Below, in pieces: positions 1-9,365 of a DNA stretch of 64,000 nucleotides. The stretch is from positions 106,144 to 170,143 of the forward strand of contig JALHOP010000010.1 in NCBI GenBank assembly GCA_022842935.1. Reading direction: 5' to 3'. This stretch comes from Myxococcota bacterium (GTDB lineage Bacteria > Myxococcota > XYA12-FULL-58-9 > JALHOP01). Under the pieces are notes generated by a model that did not search any database, was not told the origin of the DNA, and saw only the letters and a program-made list of their open reading frames with translations. Positions within the stretch are counted from its first letter, which is position 1. Every line of letters starts with the position of its first letter. The translations under genes were made by a program, and so were the position numbers.

Positions 1-663
1 CGCTTCTGTCTCGAGGTGCTCGACGGCTCGCATGCAGCCATGTTGGGCAAGCTCAGCGACCGAGAAGTGTCCCGTCGCGACCGCCAGGCACTGCGCGCCA
101 ATCGCGTGGGCCGCCGCGATGTCTTTTGGAGTGTCGCCAATCACCACCACACGACACCGCGATAGCGGGAGGCCAAGCCGTTCGGCTCCGCGCTCGGCCC
201 CATGGCGAATCAAGGTTGGGCGGTCTTCAGCGTCCGAGCCGAAGCCGCCAAAGTCGAAGCGCTCATAGAGATCGACGCGCGAGAGTTTGATCTTCGCCCC
301 AGGCACGATGTTGCCAGTACCTAGGCCCACAGCGTGGCCAGCCGCGTGGGCGCGGTCGATGGTCGCCCGAACCCCGGGATGAACGCGATACCGCTCGAGC
401 GGAATGTTCGCGACGTGGTGCTCGAGGCGAGCCAGATAGGCGTCGAGGACCTTGGTGATGGCGGCGTCGCTGACATCGGCGCCGATGACCTGCAAGCCTT
501 GGCGGACAATGGCTGGGTCGGTCATGCCGTCGAGACGAAAGCTCGAGATCGCGTCCCGCCGTGCGTAGAGAGCCTCGAAAGCATCCTCCAGGGCGACGCG
601 GCCTGTCCCGGTGCTGTCTATGAGAGTGCCGTCGACATCGAAGAGTAAAATCGTGGGTTGCAC
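1..663 (-). CDS. HAD-IA family hydrolase. The gene's 3' end runs off the window start; GTG start at 663.
   Basis: My translation of the minus strand is open from 663 to 1. The N-terminus carries the HAD motif I (LLFDVDGTLIDSTG) and the protein ends ...VVIGDTPKDIAAAHAIGA. This ORF is absent from the supplied track; I assume that is because it has no in-window stop. Confidence 0.75.
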   Translation of the reverse strand, partial: MQPTILLFDVDGTLIDSTGTGRVALEDAFEALYARRDAISSFRLDGMTDPAIVRQGLQVIGADVSDAAITKVLDAYLARLEHHVANIPLERYRVHPGVRATIDRAHAAGHAVGLGTGNIVPGAKIKLSRVDLYERFDFGGFGSDAEDRPTLIRHGAERGAERLGLPLSRCRVVVIGDTPKDIAAAHAIGAQCLAVATGHFSVAELAQHGCMRAVEHLETEA

Positions 664-729
664 GAAAGATGCATTAACAAACCGTGCCGCCCTTGCGCTA
701 CCGCCCACTCGATTGGCAGCATTTGGTCG

Positions 730-2325
730 ATGCCCTCGAGCACCCAAGCGAAGGTCGTGACGCTTCCGTCCGCGAAGCTCCCCTTGCCCATCGTGCTCGG
801 TGCAGTGGGCCTGACCCTCATCACGGTGATGATGCTCTTGGTGAGCGACGGCAACCTCGTCGTCGCACTCGTGCCGACCATACTCCTTGGCGTGGTCTGG
901 TACATGACCGTCAAACCGGTAGCGCACTCACTCATCGTCCTGTTTGGCGTGTGCCTGCTCATGCACAACCCCGGTATGCGCCCCCACGATGGCAACTGGG
1001 ACGGTCCGCTCCAGCCGGTTGGCCGGCTGCTGTATGACAACCTGCGCAACATCGTTGGCGTCGACGCGCTGCGCTTCAACGCGATCGAGGCGGTGCTCTT
1101 CTTTCTTGCACTCCTCATTCTCTTACGCTGGCTCGTTGGCAGTCGCATCGACAATCCCGAAGGCACGAGCGCCGCGCGGCCTTTGAAGCTCGCTCTCGGG
1201 CTGTGCTTGGTGACGCTCTTCGCATGGATCGCTTGGGGCATCGCGCGCGGCGGTAACTCGCAGCAGATGCTGTGGCAGACCCGTCAGATCATGTGGGCCC
1301 CGCTCATGAGCGCTATGTTCATCCACGCATTCCGAACGCCCAAGTGGCACCGTGCGCTGGGTTTCATCATCATCGGTGTGGCCATCGTCCGCTGTCTCGA
1401 CGGCATTTACTTCTTCTACGGGATGGTGAAGCCGAGGGCGTTGTTCGTTGAATACAGCATCACCCACGAAGACTCGATGCTACTCATCACCACGGTGGTG
1501 ATGCTCGCGGCGATGATGCTCGAGCGTCCGACAAAGCGGACGCTGCTGACGGTCATGTCCATCTTCCCGATCATCGCTGTCGGACTGGTCGTGAACCACC
1601 GGCGGCTCGCCTACGTGTCGCTCGCGATGTCGCTCATCGCAGTCTTCCTTCTCATCAACGTGAATCTGCGTAGACGCATCATCCGATGGATGCTCATCGG
1701 CGCGCCGGTGCTCATCCTCTACGTTGGCGCGGGCGTTGCTGCGAAGGGTGAGTCGATCATTTTCTTCCCGATCCGCAGCCTGGTCTCGGTCGCCGACACC
1801 AAAAACGCGTCGAACCAGACGCGCGATATCGAGAATTACAATCTGCTCTACACCTATCGGGACGCGCCCCTGCTCGGACTCGGATTCGGGCACGAGTACA
1901 ACGAGGTCAGCGTCGCCTACGATATCTCGCACGCCATGCCGAACTACCGATACATCGCCCACAACAGCGTGTTGTGGCTCCTCATGTTGTGCGGAGGCAT
2001 TGGCTTTGCTGGCATGTGGCTCTACTACGTCGTTTCCATCTTCCTCGGCGCACGCGTCTACCGGCTCACGACCGACCCGGACATCGCCGTAGGTGCTCTC
2101 ACCTCGGTAGCCGCGGTGATCTGTTTCATCTTCCAGGCCTTCGGCGACATGGGCATGATCGGCTGGATGGGAGTCCTGCTCCTGTCAGCCGCAAACGCAG
2201 TGGTCGCGACCTCGGCGACGCGTGTCGGCGCTTGGAGCGATGTCGGCACCCCCGCACCGAAGGCGCAGGCCCACTCGAGCGGCGTGGAGTCGGAAGAGCC
2301 TCTACGCGCCGAGCAAATCGCCTAG
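730..2325 (+). CDS. Polytopic membrane protein of the O-antigen ligase / Wzy_C-like family (exopolysaccharide or O-antigen polymerase/ligase). The start is uncertain: the ORF opens at a TTG at 658, the first ATG is at 730.
   Basis: More than 10 predicted TM helices. A Wzy_C-type signature (IAHNSVLWLLMLCGGIGFAGMWLYYV) follows a large loop. Confidence 0.55.
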   Translation: MPSSTQAKVVTLPSAKLPLPIVLGAVGLTLITVMMLLVSDGNLVVALVPTILLGVVWYMTVKPVAHSLIVLFGVCLLMHNPGMRPHDGNWDGPLQPVGRLLYDNLRNIVGVDALRFNAIEAVLFFLALLILLRWLVGSRIDNPEGTSAARPLKLALGLCLVTLFAWIAWGIARGGNSQQMLWQTRQIMWAPLMSAMFIHAFRTPKWHRALGFIIIGVAIVRCLDGIYFFYGMVKPRALFVEYSITHEDSMLLITTVVMLAAMMLERPTKRTLLTVMSIFPIIAVGLVVNHRRLAYVSLAMSLIAVFLLINVNLRRRIIRWMLIGAPVLILYVGAGVAAKGESIIFFPIRSLVSVADTKNASNQTRDIENYNLLYTYRDAPLLGLGFGHEYNEVSVAYDISHAMPNYRYIAHNSVLWLLMLCGGIGFAGMWLYYVVSIFLGARVYRLTTDPDIAVGALTSVAAVICFIFQAFGDMGMIGWMGVLLLSAANAVVATSATRVGAWSDVGTPAPKAQAHSSGVESEEPLRAEQIA

Positions 2326-3719
2326 GCCGCAAGGACCTTGCGCACCAACCGCAGGTCTTCCACCAGGAGCTCGAACATCGCGTCGCGTGCGTCGTCGTCG
2401 GGAGCGCGCAAGATGGCCGCCGGGTGATAGCTCACGATCACATCGCCCGAAGGCGATGCAAGGCGTTGTCCGCGATCACGTGCAACGGTCACCGTCTTGC
2501 CGAGTAAGCTCTGGGCAGCAGAGGCACCGAGAGCAACGATGAGGTCGGGTTTGACCAAGCGAAGCTCGGCAAAGAGCCACGGCTTGCACGCCTCGATCTC
2601 GCCGCCGTCGGGCTTTTGATGCAGACGGCGCTTGCCCATGGGGCGCCACTTGAAGTGTTTGACCGCGTTGGTGACGTACACCTCGCTGCGCGCGATGCCG
2701 GCGGCAGCGAGCGCTTTGTCGAGCATCTTGCCAGCGGGGCCCACGAAGGGGTGCCCCTGTTTGTCTTCTTCGTCACCCGGTTGCTCGCCAACCAGCACGA
2801 CACGCGCGCCCCCGAGGCCCTCTCCAAACACTGTCTGGGTTGCGCTCTCGTGCAGCGGACAGGCGCGACATCGCTTCGAGGCCTCGCGCAGGACCTCGAG
2901 CGACGCGCCCTCGGGAACGAACGCGGCGGCCGAGCCGTTCGACGTGCTCTTCTTCACCATCTCCGCGGCCCTCCCCGACGCCTCGTGAACGAGCGTGGGG
3001 ATTAGGGCAGCCTCGGGCAAGGTCGCCCAGTGTTTCTTGGGCATCTCGCCGCGCATGTGGCCGACCTTCAAGCGGGCCGGATTGAAGATGGAGGCGTAGT
3101 AGGTGCGCCAGAGCTCCTCGAGCTCATCACCGCTGGGCGCGGCGGACCGTGGCACACCGTCGGTGAAGCGAGCCGTGACTCCATCCCAGCTCACCGAGCG
3201 ATCAGGCGTGAGGATCGCCCAACGCATGCTCGCGAAGCGCCCAACGAAGAACGGGGTCACGAGCGGGACGATGAGATGGTCGGGTCGGTGCCAGGCGATG
3301 TAGTGCGCCTCGGCATCGTCATCGCCACCAACGCGGCGAAACCGCACGAAGGCATGCATCTTGTGGGCGTCGCGATGCACTTCTTTGGAGAGAGCGCGCA
3401 AGCGATGCACGTCGGGGTCGAGCCCGTTGGCGAGCAACTCCGCCTCGCCGTGGGTGAGCCTGTGAAGCACCCGATAGAGCAGCCCCCACCGCGTGGCGCT
3501 TCGATGGTGCGCAACGTAGCGCGCTTCATCGAGAAAGCGTCGCGGGACCTTGAGAACCCCGGTCGGCGCCGGAACTGGCAAAGGAGGTCCGGAGAACAGA
3601 TCGCCCGACGCGGTCGGATCGCAGAACACCACGTCGCCGGGAAGCGCGCCCTCTGCCAAAAGACCGCGCGCCGCATCACGCCAACTCTCCCAGCTACCGT
3701 CGATAGCGACCGCGCGCAT
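2322..3719 (-). CDS. Fusion protein: an N-terminal DUF4130 domain ('probable DNA metabolism protein', TIGR03915-like) and a C-terminal uracil-DNA glycosylase family 4 domain (TIGR03914-like).
   Basis: C-terminal half: CRACPLHESATQTVFGEG...VLVGEQPGDEED...FVGPAGKMLD...VYVTNAVKH...SYHPAAILR, the motifs of UDG family 4. N-terminal half: WRTYYASIFNPARL-type DUF4130. The gene starts 2 nt after the radical SAM stop. Confidence 0.8.
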   Translation of the reverse strand: MRAVAIDGSWESWRDAARGLLAEGALPGDVVFCDPTASGDLFSGPPLPVPAPTGVLKVPRRFLDEARYVAHHRSATRWGLLYRVLHRLTHGEAELLANGLDPDVHRLRALSKEVHRDAHKMHAFVRFRRVGGDDDAEAHYIAWHRPDHLIVPLVTPFFVGRFASMRWAILTPDRSVSWDGVTARFTDGVPRSAAPSGDELEELWRTYYASIFNPARLKVGHMRGEMPKKHWATLPEAALIPTLVHEASGRAAEMVKKSTSNGSAAAFVPEGASLEVLREASKRCRACPLHESATQTVFGEGLGGARVVLVGEQPGDEEDKQGHPFVGPAGKMLDKALAAAGIARSEVYVTNAVKHFKWRPMGKRRLHQKPDGGEIEACKPWLFAELRLVKPDLIVALGASAAQSLLGKTVTVARDRGQRLASPSGDVIVSYHPAAILRAPDDDARDAMFELLVEDLRLVRKVLAA

Positions 3720-3721
3720 GC

Positions 3722-5035
3722 TCAGAGCTCACCGGTCAAGGCGCTAACCTTGGGAGCAAAAAGAGGCAGCTGTTCGGACTTCGCGCTCACCATGAGTCGC
3801 AGCCTGTCGCTATCGATAAAGCGCGTCGCGGCGTTGTGATCGGCGGTGACGACGAACGGCAATGTCCGCGTCAGCGGAACCCGCAAGCGTCGCAGATCGG
3901 CGGTCGTGATGCCGCGAAACCTACGCGCCGCGACAATACGCTCGACGTTGCGCGCGCCGAGGCCCGGGACGCGCAAGAGCAGCTCGCGCGATGCCCGGTT
4001 GATATCGAGGGGGAACATGGCGCGGTGGCGCAGCGCCCAGGCGAGCTTCGGGTCGATTGCGAGGTCGAGGTTGGGCTCCTCAGGGGTTGTGATCTCAGCC
4101 GCGCTGAATCCGTAAAAGCGGATGAGCCAATCGGCCTGATAGAGTCGATGCTCGCGCACCAAGGGCGGCGCTTGTCCCGGAAGCCCCGGAGATGCGTCGG
4201 GGATCGGGCTAAAGGCTGAATAGTAGACGCGACGAAGCTTGTAGCCGGTGTAGAGCGAGGTGGCGGTCTCCAAAATGGTCGCGTCGGTGCTCGCAGTGGC
4301 TCCGACGATCATCTGCGTGCTCTGCCCCGCCGGCGCAAACCGCCGCGCCTTGTGGGCGAGCCGCGTCACGCGCGGGTTCTTGCGACTCTCGGCGCGCTCG
4401 GCTTTCACTGCGTCGCAGCCATCCCGGATCTCGCGCATGGCGGTGGTCACGTCACTCACCCGCTTGGCTGGAGCGAGGGCGTCGAGGTCGCCTTGGGTTG
4501 GCAGCTCGATGTTGGCGCTCAGGCGGTCGGCCCACGTGCCTGCCGCGCGAAGAGACTCCGCCGAGGCCCCTGGCACCGCCTTGAGATGGATGTAACCGTT
4601 GAAACGGTGCTGCTCACGCAGGCAGCGCGCGACAGCGGTGAGCTGCTCCATGGTGTAGTCGACGTCGCGAATGATGCCCGACGAAAGAAACAGGCCCTCG
4701 ATGTAGTTGCGTCGGTAAAACGCGAGGGTGAGGTTCACGACCTCGTCGATGGCAAAACGCGCACGCTCGACGTTACTCGAGACACGATTCACGCAGTATT
4801 TGCAGTCGTAGATGCAGTAGTTCGTGAGCAGCAGCTTGAGCAAAGAAATGCATCGGCCGTCGGGCGTGTAGCTGTGGCAAATCCCCACCCCGGTGGTGCT
4901 GCCGAGCCCGTCGCGCGTCCCGGACCGCCGTGCGCCACTGCTCGCACATGATGCGTCGTACTTTGCCGCATCTGCGAGGATTTTTAGCTTCTGTTGGACT
5001 TGCACAGCGAACGCCCTTGCGAGCCCATACTGCAC
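3722..5035 (-). CDS. Putative DNA modification/repair radical SAM protein (TIGR03916-like, partner of UDG-family/DUF4130 proteins).
   Basis: CxxxCxxC cluster (NYCIYDCKYC). N-terminal KLKILADAAKYDASCASSG is typical of this family. The ORF opens with GTG at 5035; an in-frame GTG at 5005 would give a family-typical N-terminus. Confidence 0.8.
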   Translation of the reverse strand: MQYGLARAFAVQVQQKLKILADAAKYDASCASSGARRSGTRDGLGSTTGVGICHSYTPDGRCISLLKLLLTNYCIYDCKYCVNRVSSNVERARFAIDEVVNLTLAFYRRNYIEGLFLSSGIIRDVDYTMEQLTAVARCLREQHRFNGYIHLKAVPGASAESLRAAGTWADRLSANIELPTQGDLDALAPAKRVSDVTTAMREIRDGCDAVKAERAESRKNPRVTRLAHKARRFAPAGQSTQMIVGATASTDATILETATSLYTGYKLRRVYYSAFSPIPDASPGLPGQAPPLVREHRLYQADWLIRFYGFSAAEITTPEEPNLDLAIDPKLAWALRHRAMFPLDINRASRELLLRVPGLGARNVERIVAARRFRGITTADLRRLRVPLTRTLPFVVTADHNAATRFIDSDRLRLMVSAKSEQLPLFAPKVSALTGEL

Positions 5036-5285
5036 AGACTTTCAGTGCTCGGCAAGATCGCAGCAGTGGGGCAATTCGCCGCAGAAATCGGTGAGTGGCG
5101 AAAAAAGGGACCACCTCGGTGTCGGATCGCCATCAAAACGCACGTTCTTGCGCTGTCGCGATTGGCACGTCCCCTGCAATCTTTGGGGGCACTGTTCGAT
5201 GGAACGTCCTGGGGGGTGATGCTCGGCGCGTCCCTGCGAAGCATGGGGGGCTGAACGGGGACGCGCTTCCGCGTCACACGCCAGA

Positions 5286-5319
5286 AGAAAAAGCGACTCG
5301 GGGGGGTCGCTTTTTTTTG
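5286..5319. terminator. Bidirectional rho-independent terminator: stem AGCGAC/GTCGCT, flanked by an A6 run and a T8 run.
   Basis: AAAAAGCGAC-TCGGGGGG-GTCGCTTTTTTTT lies about 90 bp downstream of the gnd stop codon. The flanking A and T tracts let it work on both strands. Confidence 0.6.
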
Positions 5320-5410
5320 CCCCTATCGTCCGCTATCGCGGACAATCTGACACAAGGCATTCGGGTGGCGGCCTCTTTGAGCCACTCCACCCGGCGAGGC
5401 CCTGCGCCTG

Positions 5411-6826
5411 TTACTTCAACCACTCAGAGTGGACTGGGCCGGCCTTTACGTTGTCACGGCGAACGTACGTATGAGCGCCAAACGCGTCACGCTGCGCCTG
5501 GGTGAGGTTCTGCGGCAGGTCGGCGCTTCGCACCCCATCGAACCAGGTCAGCGAAGCCGCGAAAGCCGGCATCGCAATGCCCTCCGCCATCGACCGGCCG
5601 ACGAGTGCGCGCCACTGCGGAGCGGCTTTCCGCACATCACCGCCGAGGCTTGCGTCCGCGACGAGGTTGCGCATCTCTTTCTGCTTACCGAAAGCCTGCA
5701 TGATCGTGTCGAGCAGCTTCGCTCTGATGATGCAGCCTCCTTTCCAAATGCGCGCGATCTCACGCCGATCGATATCCCACGTGTAAGCCTGGGACGCCGC
5801 GTGGATGAGCTCCATCCCCTGAGCGTAGGCGCAGACCTTCGCGGCGAGGAGGCCGTCGTGGACCTCGGCAATACGCGCTTCGCGCTCGCCAGCCGGAACC
5901 TTGCCGCGCGGCGGATCCTCGAAGGATCTCGCCATCGCCACCCTGCTGTCTTTTTGGGACGAAATCACACGCGCATCGAGCGCCGCCGCGATGCTCGGGA
6001 TCGCGACCCCCAGCTCGAGCGCTGCTTCCACCGTCCAGCGACCGGTCCCTTTCTGGCCTGCTTGATCGAGGACGAGGTCCACGAGGTGCTTTTGGGTGTC
6101 GCGGTCGCGCACGCGAAAGATCTTCGCCGTGATCTCGATGAGGAACGACTGCAGCGGACCTTGGTTCCAGCGATCGAAAACATCGGCAATCGCGTCGTTG
6201 TCGAGCCCGATGCCGCGACGCAAAACGTCGTAGGCCTCGGCGATGAGCTGCATATCGGCGTATTCGATGCCGTTGTGGACCATCTTGGTGAAGTGGCCGG
6301 CACCGTCAGGGCCGCAATACGTGACACAGGGGCCCGACTCGGTCTTGGCGGCGACGCCCTCGAGCAGCGGCTTCAAGTGCTCGTACGCCTCGCGCGCTCC
6401 TCCCGGCATGAGGGAGGGCCCGCGCCGCGCACCTTCCTCGCCGCCCGACACACCCATCCCCACGAAGCGAAGCCCCTTCTCGGCGAGCGCTCGCTCGCGA
6501 CGCCGCGTGTCGGTGTAGAGCGAGTTGCCACCGTCGATGATGACATCGCCCTTGTCGAGATGAGCCGAGAGCTGCTCGGCTACGGAGTCGACCGCCTTGC
6601 CAGCCGTCACCATGACGAGAATGCGCCGCGGCTTCTCGAGCGCTGCGACCAGCCCCGCGATGTCTTTTGCGTCGACAAAGCCGGGGTGCTCGGCGAGGAA
6701 CTTCTCCTGCTTGTCGCGCTCGAGGTTCCATACCGCGACCCGTGCCCCATGGTCGGCGAAGTTCAGTGCGAGATTGGCGCCCATGACGCCGAGACCAACG
6801 ACTCCAAAGTTTGCCTGAGCTGGCAT
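5411..6826 (-). CDS. gnd: 6-phosphogluconate dehydrogenase (decarboxylating), NADP-dependent.
   Basis: MPAQANFGVVGLGVMGANLALN... is a full-length Gnd. ATG at 6826, 2 nt after the pgl stop. Confidence 0.95.
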   Translation of the reverse strand: MPAQANFGVVGLGVMGANLALNFADHGARVAVWNLERDKQEKFLAEHPGFVDAKDIAGLVAALEKPRRILVMVTAGKAVDSVAEQLSAHLDKGDVIIDGGNSLYTDTRRRERALAEKGLRFVGMGVSGGEEGARRGPSLMPGGAREAYEHLKPLLEGVAAKTESGPCVTYCGPDGAGHFTKMVHNGIEYADMQLIAEAYDVLRRGIGLDNDAIADVFDRWNQGPLQSFLIEITAKIFRVRDRDTQKHLVDLVLDQAGQKGTGRWTVEAALELGVAIPSIAAALDARVISSQKDSRVAMARSFEDPPRGKVPAGEREARIAEVHDGLLAAKVCAYAQGMELIHAASQAYTWDIDRREIARIWKGGCIIRAKLLDTIMQAFGKQKEMRNLVADASLGGDVRKAAPQWRALVGRSMAEGIAMPAFAASLTWFDGVRSADLPQNLTQAQRDAFGAHTYVRRDNVKAGPVHSEWLK

Positions 6827-6828
6827 GG

Positions 6829-7506
6829 CTAATCTCCCTTCGTTGCTGCTTCGTCCACGAACCAAACGCCGCGACGCGCGAGCCGCGCCGGCACATCCTC
6901 GACCTCTGTCGCTTCATCGCGCGCGCGCGCGAGCATCTGCGCCTTGTCGGCACCTGTCACCAGCATCACGATGCGGTCGGCCGCCTTCACGACTTCGGGA
7001 CCCAAGGTGAGTCGCTCGGGTGGAGGCTTCGGGCTGTCATTGACAAAAAGCACGCGCCTGCTCGAACGCAGAGCCGCCTTGTGAGGGAACAGCGACGCCG
7101 TGTGGCCGTCGGGTCCCATGCCCAAAAGAACGATGTCGAACCTCTTCGGCAGCAGCTCTTCGTAGTCGCGCGCAGCGGACTCCCGGTCTTTGCGCTCGCC
7201 CTCCATGCGCACGACGTTCACGTGCGGCCCAAGCGCGGCGCGAACCATGCGGTAGTTGCTGTCGTCGTGCGTGGGCGCGACACAGCGCTCGTCGGCAAAA
7301 AAAACGTCGACGCTCGGCCAGTGGATGCGCGTGGATGCGGCGAGGCGCGCATACGTTGGGCGCGGCGTCGACCCACCGGATACAGCGATCGTCGCGCGGC
7401 CATGGCGTCCAACGACATCGGCGAGGGCGTTCTCGAGAAACGCCGCGCAAGCCTCCTGCGCATCGCTCGGTGTCTTGCCAACCCGCAGCTCGCCCAGATC
7501 CCTCAC
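6829..7506 (-). CDS. pgl: 6-phosphogluconolactonase.
   Basis: ATIAVSGGSTP and GMGPDGHTASLFP motifs. The likely GTG start at 7506 overlaps the zwf TGA (GTGA); the ORF could extend to 7635. Confidence 0.8.
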   Translation of the reverse strand: MRDLGELRVGKTPSDAQEACAAFLENALADVVGRHGRATIAVSGGSTPRPTYARLAASTRIHWPSVDVFFADERCVAPTHDDSNYRMVRAALGPHVNVVRMEGERKDRESAARDYEELLPKRFDIVLLGMGPDGHTASLFPHKAALRSSRRVLFVNDSPKPPPERLTLGPEVVKAADRIVMLVTGADKAQMLARARDEATEVEDVPARLARRGVWFVDEAATKGD

Positions 7507-9011
7507 AGCGGATACCACTCGCGCCCGTCGACATCCATGAGCTCGCGAGCAGCGTCGGGGCCATCCGAGCCCTTGGCATACGAATGCACCTGCAACTCCT
7601 GCGACGGCCGCAAGAGCGGATCGATGAAGCGCCACGCTGTTTCGATCTCGTCACGGCGAGGAAACAAGGTGGCGTCGCCACGCATGGCATCGAGCAACAG
7701 TCGCTCGTACGCCTCGGCCGGTTTCTTCGAGAAAACTTCGGCGTAACGCATCTGCATGTCGACATTGGCGAGCGCGAACTCGACGCCCGGCACTTTCGAC
7801 ATGAACCCGAGACCGATGCCTTCGCCAGGCTGGATACGTAGCGTCAGCACGTTGTTTCGGATGGCGTCAGTGGCGCGACCAAACAGTGACAACGGGATAC
7901 CTGTGAAGCAGATCTTCACCTCGGTGAGACGCGATTTGAGCCCCTTGCCAGCGCGCAAGTAGAACGGCACCCCCTGCCAACGCCAGTTGTCGATGAAGAG
8001 CTTGAGGGCCGCGTAGGTCGGCGTTCGCGAGTCACGCGCAACGTCTTTCTCGTTGCGGTAGCCCTCGTATTGTCCGAGCACCGCTTGATGCGCCACCCGT
8101 TTAGCATCGAACGGACGAAGGGCGCGCAAAACTTGCGCCTTCTCGCTACGGATTTCGTCGGCGTTCAAGGTGTTTGGCGGCTCCATGGCAAATAGCGCGA
8201 GCACCTGCAGCAAGTGGTTCTGCACGACGTCGCGAAGGATGCCGGTTTCCTCGTAGAAGCGCCCGCGGCCCTCGATGTCGATCTGCTCTGCAGCGGTGAT
8301 CTGGACGTGGTCGATGAACTTGCGGTTCCAGAGCGGCTCGAAGATGCCGTTGGCGAAGCGGAAGACCAGCAAATTTTGCACGGTCTCCTTCCCCAAGTAG
8401 TGGTCAATGCGAAAAATTTGCGCCTCATCGAGCGTTTTCGCCGACAGCTCGTTGAGGCGACGTGCCGACTCGAGATCCTGGCCGAAGGGCTTCTCGACGA
8501 TCACCCGTGTCCAACGGTCAGTGGCTGCCTTCGGTCCGATGAGCTGGGCAGACTGCAAGCGCGGAAGGATCTCGGGGAAGACGGACGCGGGGACCGAAAG
8601 ATAGAACAACACGCTCTTGCCGGTCCCATGCACCTTCTCGCCGTTGTCGATGACGCGACGGAGCTCCTCGTACGTCCGCATGTCATCCACATCGCCGCGC
8701 ACCATGTAGAGACAGCTCTCGAGCCGCTTCCAGGCGGTCGGGTCGACCTCGTTGTCGCCCGTGAATTTGTCGAGCGCTTCGAGCACCGTGGCGCGCAGAG
8801 CCTTGTCATCCGCGATGCTACGCGCGACGCCGATGACCATGAACTTCTCGGGGAGGTCGCCGCCGCGGGCGAGCTTGTAGAGCGCGGGGAACAGCTTGCG
8901 CTTGGCTAGGTCGCCAGAGGCTCCGAAGATGACGACGCTGCAAGGTCCTGGGCGGCGTTCGACCATCCCTTCGATGGCCGAGGCCTCGCCCGGCTGGAAG
9001 ACTGGCTGCAT
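7503..9011 (-). CDS. zwf: Glucose-6-phosphate 1-dehydrogenase.
   Basis: VIFGASGDLAKRKLFPALY, RIDHYLGKE and the rest of the protein match G6PD. It is the first gene of the zwf-pgl-gnd operon. Confidence 0.95.
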   Translation of the reverse strand: MQPVFQPGEASAIEGMVERRPGPCSVVIFGASGDLAKRKLFPALYKLARGGDLPEKFMVIGVARSIADDKALRATVLEALDKFTGDNEVDPTAWKRLESCLYMVRGDVDDMRTYEELRRVIDNGEKVHGTGKSVLFYLSVPASVFPEILPRLQSAQLIGPKAATDRWTRVIVEKPFGQDLESARRLNELSAKTLDEAQIFRIDHYLGKETVQNLLVFRFANGIFEPLWNRKFIDHVQITAAEQIDIEGRGRFYEETGILRDVVQNHLLQVLALFAMEPPNTLNADEIRSEKAQVLRALRPFDAKRVAHQAVLGQYEGYRNEKDVARDSRTPTYAALKLFIDNWRWQGVPFYLRAGKGLKSRLTEVKICFTGIPLSLFGRATDAIRNNVLTLRIQPGEGIGLGFMSKVPGVEFALANVDMQMRYAEVFSKKPAEAYERLLLDAMRGDATLFPRRDEIETAWRFIDPLLRPSQELQVHSYAKGSDGPDAARELMDVDGREWYPL

Positions 9012-9365
9012 TGGGGCTCCGGTGGCGTGACTAACGCTGAGATAGACGTGACCCTGGGAGGCGGGTCAAGCCACTGCCGGAGCTACTTGGGCAAAAGATC
9101 GGCGGGAAACGTCGCGAGAGCCCGGCCGTAACGGCCGGGCCGCGACTTTGAAACAACTTGGTCGGGGGCTCGTAAGGCGGGTGCTCGGGCACAGATACTC
9201 ACGCCAGCGCGGTCGGTTGGAGATCCTTCGGTTCTCCGGGTGTGTACTCACGCGCAATGAACGTGCTGTCCTTTGACGCACCTAGCGGGCCTCGTCGACC
9301 TTGCGACGATTGAGGCACGTTGGACCCACCGGTCTGCTCGAGCAGCCACGGTGGAAGAAACGCGA

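Noticed and set aside
618-1241. 207-aa minus-strand ORF overlapping both the HAD gene and the O-antigen-ligase-like gene.
   Set aside because: It conflicts with two well-supported genes and its translation has no recognisable motifs; I treat it as a GC-shadow ORF.
5429-6832. 467-aa plus-strand ORF antisense to gnd. Similar long ORFs run antisense to real genes at 8214-8909, 13556-14407, 19916-20746, 24555-25067 and 55509-56585.
   Set aside because: Arg/Ala/Gly-rich, low-complexity translations typical of shadow ORFs in ~70% GC DNA. Each lies fully inside a gene with a clear homology signal on the opposite strand.
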